Positions 58,525 to 64,000 of a stretch of 64,000 nt of DNA are shown here, piece after piece. Position 1 is the first letter of the stretch. Each line of letters opens with the position of its first letter. The notes under the pieces are model-generated. The model ran no database searches. It was not told the DNA's origin and saw only the letters and a list, made by a program, of their open reading frames with translations. The stretch is from an uncultured Candidatus Saccharibacteria bacterium (GTDB taxonomy: Bacteria > Patescibacteriota > Minisyncoccia > Phycocordibacterales > EsbW-18), in assembly GCA_964447415.1 (NCBI GenBank), contig CAYUSN010000002.1, positions 34,512 to 98,511 of the forward strand, in the 5' to 3' direction. The translations under genes were made by a program, and so were the position numbers.

Positions 58525-59727
58525 ATGAAAAATATTGTCCAAAACACCATACTGCTTGTATGTGCGGTAGTACTTGCTCTCGGCGCCTACCCCGCCTTAG
58601 CGCGTGCCGACGCATCTTCACTTGAAGTGTCGGGATGGATTCCCTACTGGGCCGCAAGCGCGGGCACGAAAGATGCGCGAAAACATCTGGAGGAGTTCTC
58701 CGTAATTTTTCCTTTTAACTACTCGATAAAAAGTGACGGCACGCTCTCTGATTTAGGAAAAATAAAAAAGAGCACGTGGAAAAAATTGTTCACCGCCGCA
58801 AAAAAGAAAGACGTGCTCATAATTCCGACGGTTATGTCGAGCAACACGTGGCTCATCCACGGGATTCTCAGCGACAAAGAAAAACGTGAGGATCACATTG
58901 ATGAAATCGTCTCAATGGTGAAAAAAGGAAAGTACGACGGCGTGGACATCGACTACGAAGGAAAAAGTGCCGAGACGCACGATGCGTTTGCGCTCTTTCT
59001 GAAAGAACTCAAAAAAGAGCTCGGAAAAAAGAAAGTGCTCTCATGTACCATTGAAGCGCGCACACCGGCGGATTCTCTCTACCGCACGCTCCCCACGGAC
59101 ATACAATTCGCCAACGACTTTAAGGCAATCGCAAAATACTGCGACCGCGTGAACCTCATGACGTACGACCAGCAGCGCGCCGACATCAAACTCAATGACG
59201 CGCACAAAGGCGAGCCGTACATTCCTGTGTCCGACCCCGCATGGGTACGCAAAGTGATTGAACTGACGCTCAAAACCATTCCGAAAGAAAAAATCTCACT
59301 CGGTATTCCCACCTACGGACATGAATATGAGGTCGTGGTGTATTCGGACGCGTATCAGGAATACGGTAAGACCGGGGCATTCAATCCGTCGTACGGCAAA
59401 AAAACGGCAAAAAAATATCGCCTGACGCCCGAGCGCAGTGATGCGGGCGAACTTCACTTTTCCTTCCCCGCAGTGGAAAACGCCATTCAGTTCACTTCAG
59501 GTGTGTCTATTCCGAAAAACACGTCGGACGCAATGCGTGCCGCCGCACAGAGTTTCTCGTACACCGCCACCACAAAACTTCCGACAGTGTTCTACTATGC
59601 GACATGGAGCGACGCCGAAGCCATCCGGCAAAAAGTTGAGTTGGCGCGTGAGTATGACCTATTAGGTGTGGCAATATTCAAAATCGACGGCAACGAAGAT
59701 CCCGAGATGTGGGATGTACTGAAATAA
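58525..59727 (+). CDS. secreted glycoside hydrolase family 18 protein
   Basis: Signal peptide, DGVDIDYE (DxDxE), LMTYD, LGIP.YG. Confidence 0.88.
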   Translation: MKNIVQNTILLVCAVVLALGAYPALARADASSLEVSGWIPYWAASAGTKDARKHLEEFSVIFPFNYSIKSDGTLSDLGKIKKSTWKKLFTAAKKKDVLIIPTVMSSNTWLIHGILSDKEKREDHIDEIVSMVKKGKYDGVDIDYEGKSAETHDAFALFLKELKKELGKKKVLSCTIEARTPADSLYRTLPTDIQFANDFKAIAKYCDRVNLMTYDQQRADIKLNDAHKGEPYIPVSDPAWVRKVIELTLKTIPKEKISLGIPTYGHEYEVVVYSDAYQEYGKTGAFNPSYGKKTAKKYRLTPERSDAGELHFSFPAVENAIQFTSGVSIPKNTSDAMRAAAQSFSYTATTKLPTVFYYATWSDAEAIRQKVELAREYDLLGVAIFKIDGNEDPEMWDVLK

Positions 59728-59744
59728 ATTTTTCCTCCACAAAT

Positions 59745-59774
59745 CAAAAATCCCTACTTGCGTAGGAATTTTTG
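59745..59774. terminator. bidirectional intrinsic terminator
   Basis: CAAAAATCCCTAC-TTGC-GTAGGAATTTTTG. Confidence 0.8.
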
Positions 59775-59870
59775 AGTAGGTCACACAGTCGTAGCACTCT
59801 ATTAGCCGAAGCTTCACGTGCGTGGCCTTCACTTACGATCCGGCCTGTCCGACTCCGAAACCTATACTCA
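59773..59870 (-). ncRNA. candidate structured RNA of about 90-100 nt
   Basis: TTGACA -35 at 59897-59892, nested stems forming a three-way junction, UUCG loop, terminator immediately downstream. Confidence 0.55.
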
Positions 59871-60003
59871 TTTTCCCCGCTCACACTTTTTTGTCAATCA
59901 AAAAAAGACCCTTTGTGGATAAAAACGGTGATAACTGGTGGAAAAAACGACCGTGTACTTTTTTCCCTTTATTTTTAAACGTGTTCTGGCATACTGAACG
60001 GTC

Positions 60004-60408
60004 ATGGTGCCGAAAAAATACAGACACGTTGACCGTTCCCTGCGCGTGAAGAGATCAGCGACGGGACTCGGTTTGTTTACCGAAAAACCCATTGAAAAAG
60101 GCGGTTTTATTATTGAATACACAGGAGAGATACTCACCCGGTTGGAGGCGGACACGCGCGGCGGTAAATATCTGTTTGAAACAAGTGCGCGGCGTTTTAT
60201 AGACGGACGCTCACGCGCCAACATCGCACGGTACATCAACCACTCCTGCACGCCGAACTGCGAGATTGATATCCGCCGCGGGCGCATTCTTGTGTTTGCA
60301 AAAAGAAAAATCGCCGCGGGAGAGGAACTTGCGTACGACTACGAGGAGGAATATTTCAACGAGTACATCAAACCGCACGGTTGCCGGTGCCGGACGTGCA
60401 GAAAATAA
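60004..60408 (+). CDS. SET-domain protein-lysine methyltransferase
   Basis: GLGLF, IEYTGE, RYINHSC.PNC, GEEL.YDY, post-SET CxCxxC. Confidence 0.93.
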   Translation: MVPKKYRHVDRSLRVKRSATGLGLFTEKPIEKGGFIIEYTGEILTRLEADTRGGKYLFETSARRFIDGRSRANIARYINHSCTPNCEIDIRRGRILVFAKRKIAAGEELAYDYEEEYFNEYIKPHGCRCRTCRK

Positions 60409-60589
60409 CGAGACGTTGTTTTCACGGAAAAATCATACCCCCTTCTGTAATGTGTGTCATAACGAACGCGTGTGTCACACACCGTTCGTTTCGGCGTCTT
60501 CACACTGCACGTCGATACTTATTAGCACTAGTAACCATGCCTTACCAACTAAAGGCGCTTTATAAAATTAAAAATAATTACATTAACGC

Positions 60590-61987
60590 ATGAATAAAAC
60601 TCTTACAAAAATAATGATGACCACGTTGCTCGTACTTCCCTTCGGTCTTGCTCTGCCCGCACAGGCGGCAACCACATGGGATGTGACTGGCAACTATGTC
60701 ATCAATATGGACTATCTGGGTACCGGCTATCCCCACGACATGTCCTTAACGCAGGACGCCTCCGACAACCTCACCGGTAACGGCGGTTCCCCTGCCGGAG
60801 CCAACGTATACACATGGGTGATTACCTCCGGTTCTGTAACCGGAGACACAATCGACTTCCTGGCAAACTACACAGCAACACCCGATGCGGTCGTACCGCA
60901 AACGGTACTGCACGTCGTCGGAACAATCGCCGGAGACGGCACCATGAGCGGCACCTGGTCTGACAACTATCAGGGAGGCGATCGCTCAGGCACATGGGAG
61001 TCAACAAGCGGCGTTGCACTCGGCGGTGAGTTATCGGCGGAAGACTTCGGTGTCGTGGACTATGACACCGGTCTCGGACAGCTTGCGGGTTACACCGCAG
61101 GATTTGGTCTCACCGATGCGACACTTGCAGGAGCAACCTCCGTGGTCGTGAAATTATATTCAGGACCCTCGGAATCCGACTTGCTGCAGACAAACACAGC
61201 AATCCTTCCGAAATTCAACGCCGACATTACCGGCACACAATTCTCTTCTCCGTTTGACGTATCCGGAACCTTCGACTACGCAACTGACGGTTATTGGGTA
61301 AACGTTCGTGAATCGCAGTATGGTCAGAGCGTCCCCGCAACACGCGTGGTGGCGACGGTTACGCTTGCAAACGGTAAAGTAGTAACGGCAGAAAACACAA
61401 ACCTCACAGGTGATCCGACAACCATCTACCCGCCGGTTGCCGTGACCTACGTAACAACAAACGCAGCAACAGGTATCACATCAACTGACGCTGTGCTGAA
61501 CGGCACCAACGGTGATGAGGCAGCAGACGGACACTCATTCTGGGTTTCGCTTGCGCCGTTTGCCACTACAAGTCCGGTCATTCCGGCCGGTGTCTACTCA
61601 ACGGTTGACCTCGGACCCGTCGCCGCGAACACCTCGTTTTCTGCCGCATTGTCGTCAGCAACGGGTATGCCTGCGGTAACACCGGACACCACGTATTACT
61701 TCGCGGCTTGGAGCTTCGTTGACGGTACATGGTACCCGGGTGAGATATTAAGTTTCACTACGGACGAGGTGGTTACTCCTCCCCCGCCTACAACTGGGCC
61801 GACTGACAAAAACCAGTGTAAGAAGGGCGGTTGGATGACATTTACTGACCCGACATTCAAAAACCAGGGACAGTGTGTCAGCTACGTTGAAAGAAACGAA
61901 CACGCCGACGAAAAGAATGAAGAAAGACATGAAAACGAAAATCATCGTAACGGGCACTCCAACCGGGGTCACAACCGCGAACATTAA
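60590..61987 (+). CDS. secreted Thr/Gly-rich beta protein
   Basis: Signal peptide (AQA), Fn3-like segment, CKKGGW...FKNQGQCVSY module, His/Asn/Glu tail. Confidence 0.8.
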   Translation: MNKTLTKIMMTTLLVLPFGLALPAQAATTWDVTGNYVINMDYLGTGYPHDMSLTQDASDNLTGNGGSPAGANVYTWVITSGSVTGDTIDFLANYTATPDAVVPQTVLHVVGTIAGDGTMSGTWSDNYQGGDRSGTWESTSGVALGGELSAEDFGVVDYDTGLGQLAGYTAGFGLTDATLAGATSVVVKLYSGPSESDLLQTNTAILPKFNADITGTQFSSPFDVSGTFDYATDGYWVNVRESQYGQSVPATRVVATVTLANGKVVTAENTNLTGDPTTIYPPVAVTYVTTNAATGITSTDAVLNGTNGDEAADGHSFWVSLAPFATTSPVIPAGVYSTVDLGPVAANTSFSAALSSATGMPAVTPDTTYYFAAWSFVDGTWYPGEILSFTTDEVVTPPPPTTGPTDKNQCKKGGWMTFTDPTFKNQGQCVSYVERNEHADEKNEERHENENHRNGHSNRGHNREH

Positions 61988-62005
61988 TAGATACCAGTAA
62001 ACCGC

Positions 62006-62030
62006 AAAACAGCCCTTCGGGGCTGTTTTT
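62006..62030. terminator. bidirectional intrinsic terminator
   Basis: AAAACAGCCC-TTCG-GGGCTGTTTTT. Confidence 0.85.
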
Positions 62031-62031
62031 G

Positions 62032-62208
62032 TTAATGCGTAAGAGATATGTGGTTTCGCCAATTTTTTATCAGACCTGCCACACCGAACATAACCGCCGC
62101 AAGTCCGAGGAGTTGTCCTCCGGGGCTGTCGTCATATCCACCGTAGACAAACATGAGCGTCCCGAGCACTATTTCGAGAACGGAAAGGAGAATTCTTTTT
62201 GTGTCCAT
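62032..62208 (-). CDS. 58-aa two-TM protein with a GGYDDSPGGQLLG turn
   Basis: Manual translation MDTKRILLSVLEIVLGTLMFVYGGYDDSPGGQLLGLAAVMFGVAGLIKNWRNHISLTH; ends at a terminator. Confidence 0.75.
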   Translation of the reverse strand: MDTKRILLSVLEIVLGTLMFVYGGYDDSPGGQLLGLAAVMFGVAGLIKNWRNHISLTH

Positions 62209-62218
62209 AAAAAGGTTG

Positions 62219-62290
62219 CTCCGGTGGTAGGATTCGAACCTACAACCAACGCCTTAACAGGGCGCTGCTCTACCATTGAGCTACACCGGA
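62219..62290 (-). tRNA. tRNA-Asn (anticodon GTT), CCA not encoded
   Basis: TCCGGTG/CACCGGA acceptor, GCGCC-CT-GTT-AA-GGCGT arm, GGTTCGAATCC. Confidence 0.96.
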
Positions 62291-62372
62291 ATATGCATCT
62301 GCAATGTACAACTGCGGGTCAGTATAAGTTTTTTCGGTTTAAAAATAAAGCCCCTGTGCTACACTATTCCCC

Positions 62373-63086
62373 ATGTCCTCACTATCAATCACCGTAGCTT
62401 TCATTGCCGGACTTGTCTCGTTTCTCTCTCCCTGCGTGCTTCCGATTATTCCCGGATTCCTTGCGTACCTGTCCGGTGCATCCCTTACTCCCGGCGAAGA
62501 GCGCTCGGAGCGTGGAAAGACGTTCCTCAACGCTCTCTTCTTTGTTCTCGGATTTTCTCTTGTCTTTGCAGCTTTGGGCGTACTCCTTAACACCGTACTT
62601 GAAGGTGTCGCGTATGGGTTTCAAACATGGCTCTCGAGAATCGGCGGAGTAATTATCATTTTTTTCGGTTTGTACCTCACCGGACTTATCCGCATCCCGT
62701 ATCTTGAACGTCCGCACTCGTTCTCGATGAAAAAACGGTTCGATTCACGGTTTCTTTCATCCCTCCTGTTCGGTGCCGCATTCGCCGCCGGATGGACCCC
62801 GTGTGTCGGTGCCGCCCTTGGTGCAATTCTTGCCCTTGCGGCAACGCAACCGAGCTCCGCATTTTTTCTTTTACTGTCGTACTCGCTTGGTCTCGGTATT
62901 CCCTTTCTTGTCGTCGGTTTTTTTGCATCGCGCGCCGACGCGTTCGTACAGCGGAACGCCGCAAAGCTGAAGTGGGTAAATGCTATATTTGGCGTCATTC
63001 TCATCGCGCTCGGCATACTCATCTTTACGGAACGTTTATCGACAATTGCAAACTTCGAACTCCTTAACCGTATACTGCTGCAATAA
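62373..63086 (+). CDS. ccdA: CcdA/DsbD-beta transmembrane electron transporter
   Basis: SFLSPCVLP and WTPCVG motifs, six TMs. Confidence 0.92.
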   Translation: MSSLSITVAFIAGLVSFLSPCVLPIIPGFLAYLSGASLTPGEERSERGKTFLNALFFVLGFSLVFAALGVLLNTVLEGVAYGFQTWLSRIGGVIIIFFGLYLTGLIRIPYLERPHSFSMKKRFDSRFLSSLLFGAAFAAGWTPCVGAALGAILALAATQPSSAFFLLLSYSLGLGIPFLVVGFFASRADAFVQRNAAKLKWVNAIFGVILIALGILIFTERLSTIANFELLNRILLQ

Positions 63087-63087
63087 T

Positions 63088-64000
63088 ATGTCCCACAAAA
63101 CACTCGGCCTCATTACCGTACTTGTTCTCATTGTGGTAAGTATCATCACGCTTGAAAGCGGAAAGGTGCGGCCGACGACAGTTGTTACGAACACCGACAT
63201 CATCCTTGAAGCGCCCACCACAACAGCCCCGGAGACATCATTGCCGGCGGAATCTTCGGAAGAAACACCCTCGACACAGCAACCGGCCGCGTCAACGCCC
63301 ACATTTCTAACACCCGCACAAAAAGCGGAAACATTCGAACGTGGAAAAGAAATCTCGTCTCCAAATAATTTTATCAACGTTGATAACATCACCGTACAAG
63401 GGGAACTCGAAAAGGGCAACGTTGTGCTCATTGATTTCTGGACATACTCGTGCATCAACTGCCAACGCACACTCCCCTACCTCAACGCGTGGCACGATGC
63501 CTACGGGGATAAAGGACTGACCATTATCGGCATCCACACGCCTGAATTTGACTTTGAAAAAGAGTTAAAAAACGTGCAGGCTGCCGTTACCAAATTCGGC
63601 GTCCATCATCCCGTTGTGCTCGATAATGATTTCTCGACGTGGCGTTCATACAACAACCGTTACTGGCCGCGTAAATATCTCATTGATATCGACGGATTCA
63701 TCGTGTATGACCATATTGGAGAAGGAGGATACGTCGACACCGAACAAAAAATCAGAGAGGTGCTCCTCGAACGTGCTGTGCGGCGTCATGTCGACGCAGA
63801 CCTTCCTTCACAGCTTGTGAGCACCTCCGTATTTGCCGACACCACGTCCGGAAACCAAACACCGGAAACATATTTTGGTGCCGCCAGAAACGTGTCTCTC
63901 GGAAATATTATTCAAGGAAAGATCGGAACACAAACAGTGGAGGTCCCTCAAACACTTTCAAGCGACACCACATACCTTGGCGGCACATGGAATATACGAG
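63088..64000 (+). CDS. membrane-anchored thioredoxin-like (DipZ-type) redoxin, runs off the window
   Basis: Manual translation: TM, Pro/Thr linker, DFWTYSCINCQRTLP, GIHTPEF, NRYWP. Confidence 0.9.
   Translation, partial: MSHKTLGLITVLVLIVVSIITLESGKVRPTTVVTNTDIILEAPTTTAPETSLPAESSEETPSTQQPAASTPTFLTPAQKAETFERGKEISSPNNFINVDNITVQGELEKGNVVLIDFWTYSCINCQRTLPYLNAWHDAYGDKGLTIIGIHTPEFDFEKELKNVQAAVTKFGVHHPVVLDNDFSTWRSYNNRYWPRKYLIDIDGFIVYDHIGEGGYVDTEQKIREVLLERAVRRHVDADLPSQLVSTSVFADTTSGNQTPETYFGAARNVSLGNIIQGKIGTQTVEVPQTLSSDTTYLGGTWNIR

Overview
A 64-kb stretch of a small-genome bacterial chromosome, most consistent with Patescibacteria/CPR (Parcubacteria-like). This assignment is inferred from dense gene packing, trimmed ThrS/ProS/RNase R/SMC, and the absence of biosynthetic or respiratory genes; the standard genetic code is used. 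Most of the window is housekeeping, largely on the minus strand: rpoB-rpoC-dnaG-rpoD, rpsP-khpA-trmD, rnr, smc, rnc, nusB, rpmF, rnhB, dnaE, thrS, typA, mraZ-rsmH-ftsL-ftsI-murF, lysS, greA, mreBCD-mrdA, proS, rseP, frr, mnmA, def-fmt, hpf, a two-component pair, msrA, ccdA/redoxin and two tRNAs. I found no CRISPR array, integrase, transposase or prophage. The most striking signal is in the expression architecture. (1) Housekeeping genes look leaderless: a -10 hexamer sits 6-9 nt before the ATG and there is no Shine-Dalgarno (SD). (2) Six orphan genes are inserted singly, each with its own promoter, an SD and a terminator. (3) There are several stand-alone non-coding transcription units: a C-rich anti-SD-like sRNA at about 51.04-51.16 kb, a three-way-junction RNA at about 59.8 kb, two tandem DnaA-box/promoter/hairpin units at about 53.3 kb, and a tRNA-like leader in front of tRNA-Glu. 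Protein oddities include a hinge-less SMC and a NusB-NUDIX fusion. All RNA and regulatory calls come from reading the sequence by eye and are untested.
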